Below the pieces are notes generated by a model. It made no database searches. It was not told the origin of the DNA and was given only the letters and a program-made list of their open reading frames with translations. A DNA stretch of 64,000 nucleotides from a virus. Numbering within the stretch: position 1 is the stretch's first letter; each line of letters opens with the position of its first letter. The DNA is taken from the IMG/VR virus record IMGVR_UViG_3300036772_000367, positions 1-64,000 of that record. The stretch is one strand, 5' to 3'. This document shows positions 1-9,436 of the stretch, piece by piece. The position numbers were made by a program, and so were the translations under genes.

Positions 1-246
1 TGTCACCGCACCTTTGCCGATACCACTCTGTTCGATCTTCACCGAAGGTCACGAGGAAAGCACGGGATGTGTTGTGATCCCTCTCGATTGCGGCAGTCCA
101 CAGGCGATCCCGTCATGGCGTTGTCGGCGGGAGTGTGGCAGTATTCCTCCCACGCCGCACCGGGAGACCAGTCGAACACTGTTGGTCCGGTACAGCACAA
201 TCGGCACTACGCACAAGATCACTACTCTGTTACGAGGGGCGTTTAC

Positions 247-738
247 ATGGCGAAGGAAGTCGAGACTCGTCTCATTGATGACCTGGTGAAGGCGCGGACC
301 GGCGAACGTGTCTTGGCCAGTCAGCAGGTGAAGTTCGCGGTCAACGATGTCAAGTATGAAATTGACCTCACTGACGACAACGCGGCCGAGTTTTTCCGGA
401 TGATGAAGCCGTACATGGCGGCAGCCACTGAGGTCAAGATTCGGCAGCTTCCTACTCGTAGGCCGAGTGCCCCTCGCGCCCCCACGGAGAAGGTCGCCAG
501 CAGCCCGTCGACCAAGACTCGGACTGACCGGGAGCGGACCGACGCCATCCGGCTGTGGGCGAAGAACAACAACTTCCAGGTCTCCGATCGGGGTCGCATT
601 CCCGGCACGGTGCTGACCGCCTACGAGGAGGCAGGGAGCCCGACGCTGGATGCTCTTCACGGTGGTCCGTCGGTCAACCATGGAACTCACGAAGATTTCA
701 CTCCCTCGGCTGGCGAGAACTACTCCTACGCTGGCTGA
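247..738 (+). CDS. lsr2: Lsr2-family nucleoid-associated protein
   Basis: N-terminal LIDDL...VKYEIDL dimerisation region and C-terminal IRLWAKNNNFQVSDRGRIP motif; ATG 247 after GAGGGG. Confidence 0.9.
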   Translation: MAKEVETRLIDDLVKARTGERVLASQQVKFAVNDVKYEIDLTDDNAAEFFRMMKPYMAAATEVKIRQLPTRRPSAPRAPTEKVASSPSTKTRTDRERTDAIRLWAKNNNFQVSDRGRIPGTVLTAYEEAGSPTLDALHGGPSVNHGTHEDFTPSAGENYSYAG

Positions 739-746
739 TACCGTCT

Positions 747-789
747 CTCCGAGGCTGGAGATGAACACCGAATCTCTCCAGCCTCGGAG
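747..789 (+). terminator. Hairpin after lsr2, probable terminator
   Basis: 15-bp perfect stem CTCCGAGGCTGGAGA/TCTCCAGCCTCGGAG, 13-nt loop, no U tract. Confidence 0.6.
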
Positions 790-985
790 TTACCATCTAC
801 GCTCTACGACGACGTGAGGACCCCACGATGCATCACCGTCACTCGGTCTGGACCAGGATGGTCCGCCGCACACAGCAGTTCGTCGACTCGCTGTTCGTCA
901 GTGCCCACCACGGACAGCCCGGTGGTGTCTCAGTGCGCGACCTGCTGACCCGCGAGGGCGCACATGACCTGTTGGCACTGTTGGT

Positions 986-1216
986 ATGACGACCCACGTC
1001 CCGTTGGACTACGAGATCATCGCCCGGCGGGCCGCTGAGGATCTGGCTCGGTTGCCCGGCATGTTGATCGACATCATTGAGCGGGTGGCAATGGCCGTGG
1101 GCGTGCTGGAAGACATGATCCAGGAGGCAGAAAAGAAGCTGGTGCTGCCGACTCTGGTTCTTCACCAGCCGGTCGACCGACCGGATGATCAATCATGGCT
1201 GGAGACAGAAGGATAG
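986..1216 (+). CDS. hypothetical protein
   Basis: ORF in + strand gene array. Confidence 0.5.
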   Translation: MTTHVPLDYEIIARRAAEDLARLPGMLIDIIERVAMAVGVLEDMIQEAEKKLVLPTLVLHQPVDRPDDQSWLETEG

Positions 1217-1310
1217 CTTTCTCGCTATGAAGAACGTAAACTGGTAGGGCTAGTCCTCGCACGAGTCGAACACCGAACCCGGACTCGTGACACCGAACCA
1301 GGAGGAAGCC

Positions 1311-1571
1311 GTGCCAAAGTTGAGTCCTGCTCACCGGAGATTTCTCTCCAAGATCTTTGACCCGAGCCGTCGCTCTCGACGCTTCATCGCTCGATTGGAA
1401 CATGACGGTCATTGGCAGATGTTCCGGGTATTGCGGGACATGGGTATGTTGATCCGGCATCCCAATGGTACGCCGGGGATGTACATTCCCACTCGCAAGG
1501 CTGTCACGGAGATGGGCTTCGAGGTGCCCGATACCCTCGTGTTGTTGTGGGCCGAGCCGCTCGTCAAGTGA
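1311..1571 (+). CDS. hypothetical protein
   Basis: GTG after AGGAGG; stop overlaps next start. Confidence 0.6.
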   Translation: MPKLSPAHRRFLSKIFDPSRRSRRFIARLEHDGHWQMFRVLRDMGMLIRHPNGTPGMYIPTRKAVTEMGFEVPDTLVLLWAEPLVK

Positions 1572-2092
1572 AGGAGGGAGAAGTGGTCGACGCTGAACGA
1601 CCTCGTGATGTAGTGGAGGGGTCGGGACATCGTGGTGAAAATCGACATCTTGATCAGATGATCTCCGCACGTTTTGATCCAGTTCTGATCGTCGAGCTGA
1701 AGCGGTTGGCAGCCGGTCGTGGCATGTCACTGAGCGATGTTCTGCGTCTGGCCGCGCTTCTGTTGATTCCCACGCAACTACATGGTCAAGATGGTCTTGA
1801 CCAGCAAACAGATATAACGTTGCCTTTTCTTGCTCCGCGTGGATATGTGTACCAGGACCTGGATGAGGTTCAGGTTTGTGATCTCAGATCTGGTGATGTG
1901 ATCTGTGTCGATGGAGCATGGGAGACCGTGCTGTCTCTCCGACCGGTTGATCATTTCGCTATTGATTATGTCGTCGCTACCCACTCTTTCGTCACTGACG
2001 ATATTCGCGCGCGTACGTATCTCAACTCGCCTGATCGTATGCTCAGCACGTATCAGCGCATAGATACTCGCATCAGGGCGGTGCGGCGTTGA
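1568..2092 (+). CDS. ribbon-helix-helix (CopG-like) domain protein
   Basis: MISARFDPVLIVELKRLAAGRGMSLSDVLRLA fits RHH pattern; GTGA overlap. Confidence 0.55.
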   Translation: MKEGEVVDAERPRDVVEGSGHRGENRHLDQMISARFDPVLIVELKRLAAGRGMSLSDVLRLAALLLIPTQLHGQDGLDQQTDITLPFLAPRGYVYQDLDEVQVCDLRSGDVICVDGAWETVLSLRPVDHFAIDYVVATHSFVTDDIRARTYLNSPDRMLSTYQRIDTRIRAVRR

Positions 2093-2403
2093 CGCGATTC
2101 GGGCTGCACGATCCCAACACCAGTCGACATCACATTCTGGTCTTGATGGCGGTGGTGTCGCGGCTCGGGGAGTCGGTGGAGATCCCGTACGACGAACTGG
2201 AGGCCGTGGCACGAGCCGGATGGAATATCGAGCTGGTGAATGACATTGCACATGGTGTCATTCGCATTAATTTGATCACCGCACCGGAGGATGATCGTGA
2301 GCGCGAACTACGAGGTCGAGGACGACGAGGGCTACCAGCCCCAGGACTTGAACATCCTGGACAGAAAGACGGGGAAGCCTCGACTGCTCCAGACGATGTG
2401 TGA
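2089..2403 (+). CDS. hypothetical protein
   Basis: TTGA coupling to previous gene; tail overlaps next gene. Confidence 0.45.
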   Translation: MTRFGLHDPNTSRHHILVLMAVVSRLGESVEIPYDELEAVARAGWNIELVNDIAHGVIRINLITAPEDDRERELRGRGRRGLPAPGLEHPGQKDGEASTAPDDV

Positions 2404-2641
2404 CACGTGTGTGTTCCATCCTGGCAACCTGATGCATCTGAAATCAGGGCGGCTGAAGGACATGGTGGAGGGTGCTCTCGCCGAGGGCACCTACATCGTC
2501 TGTCACAGCACGCTGCCGGGCGCCCTGAACGCCGAGGGCACTCAGGCGGCCGTGTGCCGGGGCTTCTACGAGAAGTTCGGCGATCAGTCCACCGAGCTGC
2601 GTGTCTACACGCGGCTCGGTGGCTTTGAGGAGGTCGCGTGA
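2297..2641 (+). CDS. Cys/His-rich hypothetical protein
   Basis: CDTC...CH...CRGF; preceded by CCGCACCGGAGG motif. Confidence 0.65.
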   Translation: MSANYEVEDDEGYQPQDLNILDRKTGKPRLLQTMCDTCVFHPGNLMHLKSGRLKDMVEGALAEGTYIVCHSTLPGALNAEGTQAAVCRGFYEKFGDQSTELRVYTRLGGFEEVA

Positions 2642-2910
2642 GCGCCTCCACCGTGCCGCTGGACGATGTTCTGGCGGAACTGGAAGCCGATCTGTTGATC
2701 CAGAACCCTGACGTGGCACACGCCATCTGTCAGCTGTGTTTCCCGCATCCTCGCCCCGCAGACATCCTGCGAGCGGTCTGTGGCTGGGAGTGGCAGTGGT
2801 CAGGTCGTCTGTGCCCTTGGGGGAGTTGGCCGAAGACCTGTGATATCTGTGACGATCTCAGTGATACGGTTCGACTTCCCTGCGGTCATCCGGGGGAGCG
2901 CTGCTTCTGA
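2638..2910 (+). CDS. Cys-rich hypothetical protein
   Basis: CxxC pairs; GTGA overlap. Confidence 0.55.
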   Translation: MSASTVPLDDVLAELEADLLIQNPDVAHAICQLCFPHPRPADILRAVCGWEWQWSGRLCPWGSWPKTCDICDDLSDTVRLPCGHPGERCF

Positions 2911-2931
2911 TCATCATCGTAGTGAAAAACC

Positions 2932-2960
2932 TTGCTACGCAGACCCCAGTGTGACACACT
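2932..2960 (+). promoter_or_regulatory. early-type promoter
   Basis: TTGCTA-N17-CACACT; 14-bp perfect inverted repeat 2940-2968 covers spacer and -10. Confidence 0.65.
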
Positions 2961-2997
2961 GGGGTCTGTTCGGTTCTCGACCGCACCGGAGGTCACG

Positions 2998-3174
2998 ATG
3001 GCTCGCAAAAAGCCTCACGTCGTGCTCGTAGTACCGCGCCTGAGCGCGGACGAGGTTCAGCGTGTCCAGCGACTCCGCCACTCCGGGGCGGCAGGCACCC
3101 ACGGCCAGGGACCGCGTCGTGAGCGGTGCCGTTCGGCCAGCCGCGCGGCGGAGATCCGTCGCGCCTCGGAGTGA
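2998..3174 (+). CDS. small basic protein
   Basis: ATG after CCGCACCGGAGGTCA; Arg-rich. Confidence 0.6.
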   Translation: MARKKPHVVLVVPRLSADEVQRVQRLRHSGAAGTHGQGPRRERCRSASRAAEIRRASE

Positions 3175-3183
3175 GAGGTCGAT

Positions 3184-3684
3184 ATGGAAAAGCGTAAGCC
3201 CACCGAAGACGAAATCGTCTCGGTGCTCACCTGGGACGGTCGCGCCGTTGTTGAATCAGTAGGCGGCATCGTGTGGCTGCTGGAGCGATACTTCAGTATC
3301 AAGACCAGCGAGCACACGGTCAAGCCCTTGGTCTTGGCATTAATGAAAGCAGGTCGCCTGAAGATGGTATCTCGCGATATCAATTCAGGAGCGCTCGCAC
3401 TGGCACATCGTCACATACGCGAGGGAGCCACCTACTACGGTCCGGCAGCTGAAGTCACTGAAGCGCACCGGCAGTGGCAGGACCGTTACATCGCTCGGGC
3501 TGATGCGGCCAAGCTCGTGGGCGACATGCACGATGTGGATGGTCCGGACGAGTTCAAGGACTCCAAGATCACGTACGACGGTGAGGGGAATATCCGTCTC
3601 ACCATCAGCCAGGAGCAGGCTCGCCGGTTGTGGTTCGGCGCCGAGCGGGAGGTATCTCAGCGCATGACGGCAACGACTGAATAA
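3184..3684 (+). CDS. hypothetical protein, paralog of 33913-34455
   Basis: shared PTxDE[IV] and GATYYG motifs. Confidence 0.7.
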   Translation: MEKRKPTEDEIVSVLTWDGRAVVESVGGIVWLLERYFSIKTSEHTVKPLVLALMKAGRLKMVSRDINSGALALAHRHIREGATYYGPAAEVTEAHRQWQDRYIARADAAKLVGDMHDVDGPDEFKDSKITYDGEGNIRLTISQEQARRLWFGAEREVSQRMTATTE

Positions 3685-3697
3685 GGAGATTGGAATC

Positions 3698-4015
3698 ATG
3701 TGGTCGCTGATGATCAATCTCGTGGCTGCCGTGGCGTTGGCAGTGGACGCCATGATTAGCTACCGTTTCGGTCTTCGTCGTGGGATAAGGGTTTCTTCGC
3801 ACAAGACGCCTTATCTGTGTGCGTGTGAACATTCCATTGCAGCCCACACAGCATCAGATCATTCCGGTCAATGCATGGTGCAATTCAAACGTGCGCATTA
3901 CGATAATATCGGTACGCGCAACGGTCATGAGTACGCGAGGTGTCCCTGTACGGGTTACGTCGGAGATCGACCCTTGACCCCGACGGATATCCAGAACTTG
4001 CTCAAAGATCCGTAA
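3698..4015 (+). CDS. membrane-anchored Cys/His protein
   Basis: N-terminal TM helix; CACEH...H...C...CPC; AAGGAG RBS. Confidence 0.6.
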   Translation: MWSLMINLVAAVALAVDAMISYRFGLRRGIRVSSHKTPYLCACEHSIAAHTASDHSGQCMVQFKRAHYDNIGTRNGHEYARCPCTGYVGDRPLTPTDIQNLLKDP

Positions 4016-4194
4016 TGGACGAGATCATTGTTGTGTTACTACCGTGTCCGGTGTGTGGTGAGCTGCATCCACAGGGCAGCGCGGTGGTCTTCCTGAGTCG
4101 ACGCTGCCGGCAGCGGTTCGATCGACTGCCACCGAACCGGCAGCGGGACGTCCTGGAGTTCGTCGTGGAGTTCGATCTACCTGAGGAGACATGA
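4015..4194 (+). CDS. small CxxC protein
   Basis: TAATG coupling; CPVCGELH. Confidence 0.5.
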   Translation: MDEIIVVLLPCPVCGELHPQGSAVVFLSRRCRQRFDRLPPNRQRDVLEFVVEFDLPEET

Positions 4195-5375
4195 TGGAGA
4201 AGCTGTCGGACAAGCTACTGTCCTGGGCGTCCATCCTGGAGCCGAACACGCAGGCCCAGGCTGAGATGACCTCGGCCATGCCCTTCGTGCGTCCGCACCT
4301 GGCGTTGATGCCTGACTGCCATCTCGGAAAAGGCTCCACGGTCGGTTCTGTCATTCCGACCGAGAGGGCCATCATGCCGGCGGCGGTGGGCGTGGATATT
4401 GGCTGCGGGATGATGGCGGTGAAGACCCAGTTCACCGAGGAGCAATTCCGGGAGCGTGCCGAGCAGTATCCACTGGCGCACCTGCGCGAGGACATCGAGC
4501 TGTCCATTCCGTTGTCCAAGGGCAACGCCAACGCTCACCTGACGTCCTCGGCGGTGAGCCGGATCAGCCAGTTGGAAGGTCACGCAGAGCGGGCCAGATT
4601 CGATCCGGCGGAACGGCTGTCCAACTGGCAGTATCAGCTCGGCACGTTGGGCTCAGGTAACCACTTCATTGAGGTGACCGCCGACGAAGCTGGTTCAGTG
4701 TGGCTGTTCCTGCACTCCGGCAGCCGAGGTGTTGGCAACCGGATCGCGCAGAAGTACATCAAGGTCGCTCAACAGTGGTGCGAGCGGTGGTTCATCGATC
4801 TCCCGAATCCCGACCTTGCCTATCTGGTGCAGGACACCGAGGACTTCTGGGCCTACATACGAGAGATGAACTGGGCGCAGGAGTTCGCGTGGCTCAACCG
4901 TCAAGAAATGATGGACCGGGTGGAACGGGCTATCGAGCGGTACATGCATCGAACCGTGGCTCGGTTGGAGACGGTGCATTGCCACCACAACTTCACCCAG
5001 CAGGAGGTCCACTTCGGCCGTGAGCTGTGGGTGTCGCGCAAGGGAGCGATCCGTGCCGGCAAGGGTGAGATGGGTCTGATCCCCGGCAGCATGGGCACCG
5101 CCTCCTACGTGGTGTCGGGCCTGGGCAACGTCGCGTCGATGTCCTCGGCACCGCATGGCGCCGGTCGAGTGTTGTCGCGGGGAGCGGCCAAGCGCACCTT
5201 CGACCTGGAGGGCCTGCGTACGGCCATGACCGGCATCGAGTACCGAGACTCCGACGTGTTCCTGGATGAGCACCCGAACGCGTACAAGGATGTGGAAGTC
5301 GTGATGAAGGATGCGGCCGACCTGGTCGAGATCCAACACACGTTGCACCAGACTCTGAATGTAAAGGGGGATTGA
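4191..5375 (+). CDS. rtcB: RtcB RNA ligase
   Basis: MPDCHLG, GVDIGCG, GSGNHF, LHSGSRG, HHN, PGSMG, HGAGR motifs. Confidence 0.96.
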   Translation: MMEKLSDKLLSWASILEPNTQAQAEMTSAMPFVRPHLALMPDCHLGKGSTVGSVIPTERAIMPAAVGVDIGCGMMAVKTQFTEEQFRERAEQYPLAHLREDIELSIPLSKGNANAHLTSSAVSRISQLEGHAERARFDPAERLSNWQYQLGTLGSGNHFIEVTADEAGSVWLFLHSGSRGVGNRIAQKYIKVAQQWCERWFIDLPNPDLAYLVQDTEDFWAYIREMNWAQEFAWLNRQEMMDRVERAIERYMHRTVARLETVHCHHNFTQQEVHFGRELWVSRKGAIRAGKGEMGLIPGSMGTASYVVSGLGNVASMSSAPHGAGRVLSRGAAKRTFDLEGLRTAMTGIEYRDSDVFLDEHPNAYKDVEVVMKDAADLVEIQHTLHQTLNVKGD

Positions 5376-5668
5376 TGGAGAACTCACCAGAGCCGACGTG
5401 GGCGCAGCTTCGTGTTCAGCTCAAGCAGAATCTGCTGGGGCCGGTCACCATCCCGACCTACATCGCTTACACCAATCTGATCTGTCTCCTTGCCTGGGTG
5501 ATATGGCTGATCAGTTCAGGTGGTCTCCGTACTCTGATGCTCACTGTGGTGGTCACCTTGTCAGGCGTGGGTGTGGGGCAGTCCGTTGCGTCCTCCGTGG
5601 CCCAGGTTCGACGTAGGCGTCGGAAGGCGACCGAGGATACGACGATGGCGACGGAGAACAACGAATGA
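5372..5668 (+). CDS. membrane protein
   Basis: two hydrophobic helices then a basic tract. Confidence 0.6.
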   Translation: MMENSPEPTWAQLRVQLKQNLLGPVTIPTYIAYTNLICLLAWVIWLISSGGLRTLMLTVVVTLSGVGVGQSVASSVAQVRRRRRKATEDTTMATENNE

Positions 5669-6033
5669 CCGAGACCCCTCAGGTCCCCACTGACCAACTG
5701 ATGCTGACGCACGAGCTGGCTGTTCTCCGGAAGACCCTGCGTCTCCTCACGGCTGTGCTGGAGGCCATGCAGGAGGAGCCGGGACGTGAAACCCTCACCG
5801 TAGTGGACCAGATGCTCGTGGAGGCCGGTTGGATCGGCCGGTCGACACAGCAAGGTGTGCTGGATCTGATCACCCAGCGCAACGTGCACCTGGAGTGGGG
5901 CCGGCAGGTACGACCCTTCCTGAACCGGTTGGCACAACTGGACGATCCCGACAATGTCGAGGCAGTGCGGGACCGGCGCACCATCACCCTGAACGACATC
6001 ATCGCCGAGGCACAACGATTGCAGGCCCTGTAA
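5665..6033 (+). CDS. hypothetical protein
   Basis: ATGA coupling, GC3-rich codons. Confidence 0.6.
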   Translation: MTETPQVPTDQLMLTHELAVLRKTLRLLTAVLEAMQEEPGRETLTVVDQMLVEAGWIGRSTQQGVLDLITQRNVHLEWGRQVRPFLNRLAQLDDPDNVEAVRDRRTITLNDIIAEAQRLQAL

Positions 6034-6251
6034 TGATCAGTCGGGAGCAGTTCGAGAAGTACGTCGCCCAGGATCTGGAGCGGCTGTTGGGTCCTGCACG
6101 GCCCCATATTACCGAGTTCATGCGGTGGGATATCCATACCGGATATTGGCGACAGTTCCAGGAGGCTGGTATCACCGTGGAAGGAGTGACCGAGCGAACC
6201 TACCAAAAGCTGGCCAGAGCGGCTTCTCTTGATCCCGAAGGGAGGACATGA
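6033..6251 (+). CDS. hypothetical protein
   Basis: TAATG coupling; MISREQFEK. Confidence 0.5.
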   Translation: MISREQFEKYVAQDLERLLGPARPHITEFMRWDIHTGYWRQFQEAGITVEGVTERTYQKLARAASLDPEGRT

Positions 6252-6252
6252 C

Positions 6253-6795
6253 GTGGACCAGAACAGTTACTTCCGCGCGTCGACTGCATTGGCGAAGGAT
6301 CTCCGAGACTTCCAGGCTTGCCGCCGGCAGTACGTGGTCGACCACGTCGATCCCTACCGCGTTGAGTTCCCCCAGAACTCGCCCTGGATGCTTCTGCTCG
6401 AAGAGAAGGTCGTGGGTTTCACTGACGATGCTCCCCACCTACCGCCACCAGCAGGACTGAGTCGGTCGAGCCGACGTGACTATCTGATTCCCCTGACAGG
6501 GAAGATCGGTGCGCGGTGGCGTGAACGATTGGATTTGTTCAACAACAAGTTGCCGAAGTCTTCAGACGTGTGGAAGAAACATGATATTCCGCGAGATGTG
6601 TTGCGTGGCGACTCGATTTACCTCACGCATTACGTCGACTTTGGTCCTGGCAATTTGATTGTCATTACTGGTGGCATATTTGAGCCTATCCCTATCGTGT
6701 TGTCTCCTCTTCGCACCAGCGAGTTCTTCTTGCTGAAGGAGGAGTACGAGGATGCTCATTCTGACTGGCATGAGCAGTTAAGGAATTACCCGTGA
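6253..6795 (+). CDS. hypothetical protein
   Basis: GTG after GGAGG. Confidence 0.6.
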   Translation: MDQNSYFRASTALAKDLRDFQACRRQYVVDHVDPYRVEFPQNSPWMLLLEEKVVGFTDDAPHLPPPAGLSRSSRRDYLIPLTGKIGARWRERLDLFNNKLPKSSDVWKKHDIPRDVLRGDSIYLTHYVDFGPGNLIVITGGIFEPIPIVLSPLRTSEFFLLKEEYEDAHSDWHEQLRNYP

Positions 6796-7214
6796 CTATC
6801 CCCACTTCGAATTCACGATTCCAGAAGTTCGATCTGCACACTATGAAGGAGCTGCGGGGTCGGTATCCAGGTGCCGCAGCTCGATCGTTGCGTCTGGTCT
6901 GGTGGTTGCCCGTCGTGCACATGCTGGCTCTGGTGGGCACTGTGATGACGCTCGGTTGCTTCCTGACGGCCCTGATGGCCGATCAAGTCATCTGGCTAGG
7001 CGTGGCGCTCCCACCCTTCGCAGTGGTGCTACTGAGCATCCTCGTGCTGCCCTGGCTGTTGGTGCCGGCACAACGGCTGGAGCGGCAGCGCGCCGAGGTG
7101 ACCCAGCCGATCGTCATTCCATGGCATCTCATCCCAGCTCAGACCACGTACGTGCCGATGTCGGGCCGAGACTCGACCACGACACGCCGGCGAGATCACG
7201 ATCTACGTAGCTAG
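6792..7214 (+). CDS. membrane protein
   Basis: two long hydrophobic segments; GTGA overlap. Confidence 0.6.
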   Translation: MTIPTSNSRFQKFDLHTMKELRGRYPGAAARSLRLVWWLPVVHMLALVGTVMTLGCFLTALMADQVIWLGVALPPFAVVLLSILVLPWLLVPAQRLERQRAEVTQPIVIPWHLIPAQTTYVPMSGRDSTTTRRRDHDLRS

Positions 7215-7219
7215 AATTC

Positions 7220-7248
7220 TTGCCACAACGTAGGTGCTTTGATACGCT
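7220..7248 (+). promoter_or_regulatory. early-type promoter
   Basis: TTGCCA-N17-TACGCT, followed by CCGCACCGGAGGTCA RBS. Confidence 0.7.
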
Positions 7249-7287
7249 CTTCTCAGTACACACATCCGACCGCACCGGAGGTCACCC

Positions 7288-7965
7288 ATGAACGACACCA
7301 CGGTTTACCCGATGGTTCCCCTGAAGAAGATCACTGAGCGGGTTCTGCTTGATCTCGGAGCCTGCTCGGACCGCCACAACTTCACCCGGGTTTTTCCGGA
7401 CGGCGCCACCCCCACCTTCAAGATCGCGGACGAGCACTACGACGACTGGAACTGGGGATGGGCCGCTGGCTACTTGCTCAATCCCGAGGGGAAAGAGCTG
7501 TACTCGGAGCGAAACGACGCGTTGACGCGAGAGTTCCGCAAGATCGACAGTGACGCCTACACCCAGTGGCGCGACCGGGACTACGAGAAGTACCGCGAGA
7601 TAGCAGATAAGGCCAGGAAACAGGTTCGGCACTCTCAGGCTCGCCTGTTCGTGGAGCTGTTCCGGAAGTACCCGATCCTGGTACGGGATCGCTCGAAGCT
7701 CGATCCCAACGCAGGATTGGATCGATTGCGGAACCTGATCACAACGGTGGAAGACTACGCGGTCTACGACAACTGGGCCACGCTGACGGAGATGGCGGCG
7801 TTGGTTAAGGACCTGGATCAGCTGATGTCGAAGGGTCGGCGCAAGCCGACGGCATGGACTCGACGTCGGTCGGTGCCCGAGCCGGTGTCCGAATCGGCTA
7901 TCGAGCCAGTTGTGCGGAACGAGCCGGACCTGTCACCCATGATGCAGCAGGGCGCCGCTGCCTGA
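7288..7965 (+). CDS. hypothetical protein
   Basis: ATG after start-associated motif. Confidence 0.7.
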   Translation: MNDTTVYPMVPLKKITERVLLDLGACSDRHNFTRVFPDGATPTFKIADEHYDDWNWGWAAGYLLNPEGKELYSERNDALTREFRKIDSDAYTQWRDRDYEKYREIADKARKQVRHSQARLFVELFRKYPILVRDRSKLDPNAGLDRLRNLITTVEDYAVYDNWATLTEMAALVKDLDQLMSKGRRKPTAWTRRRSVPEPVSESAIEPVVRNEPDLSPMMQQGAAA

Positions 7966-7969
7966 TCAG

Positions 7970-8020
7970 ACCGAGCCCGTAGCAGAACTCCTTGCTACGG
8001 GCTCGGTTATTTGTTACTCT
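7970..8020 (+). promoter_or_regulatory. terminator hairpin fused with promoter
   Basis: IR 7970-7984/7993-8007; TTGCTA(7992)-N17-TACTCT(8015). Confidence 0.75.
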
Positions 8021-8058
8021 TCAGTTAGCCCATCGACCGCACTGGAGGTCAGATCAAC

Positions 8059-8496
8059 ATGATCAAGGAAATTAAGGACGCAGCTGAGGCAAGGAATGCC
8101 CTGCGTCGTGGAAGTTGGCTGTATTGGGCACCGGGGGACGCGACGAAGTACCGTGTCGCCCTAATTCGGGCTGCTCCCGCGCTGGCGATGTACGAGCACC
8201 TGTTGCCTCCACACGTGGAAGGCGAAGTCATGGAGAGCTTCCCTCACCCCATCCTCATGCTGGTGATACAGGTGGCCGATGGTCTGTTGCGGCGGGACTC
8301 GTTGGTGATCAATGCCCCGGACTCGTTCAACTTGTGGAACCCGGTGCGCTGGGTCGAGCGAGGCTTCCCGCCCGGTTGGTGGGCTGGCGTACGGCCACTA
8401 CTGGCCGAATTGCTTTGGACCGATCGGGAATACTCCGGCTCGAAGTTTCGCCACGACGACAACGCTGTGTTCGCCAAGTTGGGGCTGGTGTCGTGA
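8059..8496 (+). CDS. hypothetical protein
   Basis: ATG after CCGCACTGGAGGTCA. Confidence 0.7.
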   Translation: MIKEIKDAAEARNALRRGSWLYWAPGDATKYRVALIRAAPALAMYEHLLPPHVEGEVMESFPHPILMLVIQVADGLLRRDSLVINAPDSFNLWNPVRWVERGFPPGWWAGVRPLLAELLWTDREYSGSKFRHDDNAVFAKLGLVS

Positions 8497-9062
8497 GTCC
8501 CCCGCGCCTGCGGTTGAGCAACCCACAGGTGTTCGTTCTGCGGTCGGTGCGGGATTGGGGCCGGATTCCACTGGTGGCGCGCGAGGTGACTGTTGTGGCC
8601 CTGCGACGACTGAAGCTGATCGGTTATGTGGATCACTCCTGGACCAAGGCGCAGCTGACGTACCGAGGCCAGGAAGCGCTGGAGCGATACGAGCGGCGAT
8701 CATCCAGGGCATCGTCACTCGTGGTACGCACAGAAGGAAAACTGATAATGATGAAGACGGCCTACGTGGCTTGCGACACGAGCAGGTTTGCGGAGCCGAA
8801 CAGCAGTGGTCGGTACGAGCTGTTTGAGAATTTTTGGTGGCGAACAGACGAGGACGGCAATATTCTGTTCGCCAAGCTGGGCACCCGAGTCCGGCCGCAG
8901 TGCAATAGGGATGAGCGCGTCACCCAGAAGCTCCATGATCTCTATGGGTTTGCCGATGCGCAGATCATCCAGGTTCCGCGTGTGTTCGTTCCGCTCGTCA
9001 CCGTCAATGGTGATCAGGAATACAGACTATCGAAGGACAGTATCGTTCGGGAAATCGTATGA
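8493..9062 (+). CDS. hypothetical protein (possibly two fused genes; internal RBS+ATG near 8748)
   Basis: GTGA overlap; in-frame AGAAGG...ATGATG inside. Confidence 0.5.
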   Translation: MSPPRLRLSNPQVFVLRSVRDWGRIPLVAREVTVVALRRLKLIGYVDHSWTKAQLTYRGQEALERYERRSSRASSLVVRTEGKLIMMKTAYVACDTSRFAEPNSSGRYELFENFWWRTDEDGNILFAKLGTRVRPQCNRDERVTQKLHDLYGFADAQIIQVPRVFVPLVTVNGDQEYRLSKDSIVREIV

Positions 9063-9436
9063 CGCTACGTAAGCACTATATCAGCTACCGACGTGACTTC
9101 GTAGGGCTGGTGACGGGGGTCGCCGATCATCAGCCGCACTGGGTCATGGACGACTGTCCGAACTGCGCGCTAGGTGGTTCATACCCTTGCGAGCACCCGG
9201 ACATCCTCGTATGTGGGGTCTGTCTGGACGAGTGGCCCTGCGACACCATCCGAGTCGTGGCGGCCGAGCTGAAGGAGCTGGGACGTCTCCTTCCATCCAT
9301 AGAGGGATGGAAAGATCCAGGCCCTGCCATTGTCGAGGGCTTGACGAAACAGATCGTACTCAAACGAGCGGCAGCCTTGCTGCGGGGAGTGAGGAAGAGC
9401 GATGCCCAGCATCAAGACCAATCCGATCTTTCGTGA
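9059..9436 (+). CDS. Cys-rich hypothetical protein
   Basis: CPNC, CGVC...WPCDT. Confidence 0.6.
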   Translation: MTLRKHYISYRRDFVGLVTGVADHQPHWVMDDCPNCALGGSYPCEHPDILVCGVCLDEWPCDTIRVVAAELKELGRLLPSIEGWKDPGPAIVEGLTKQIVLKRAAALLRGVRKSDAQHQDQSDLS

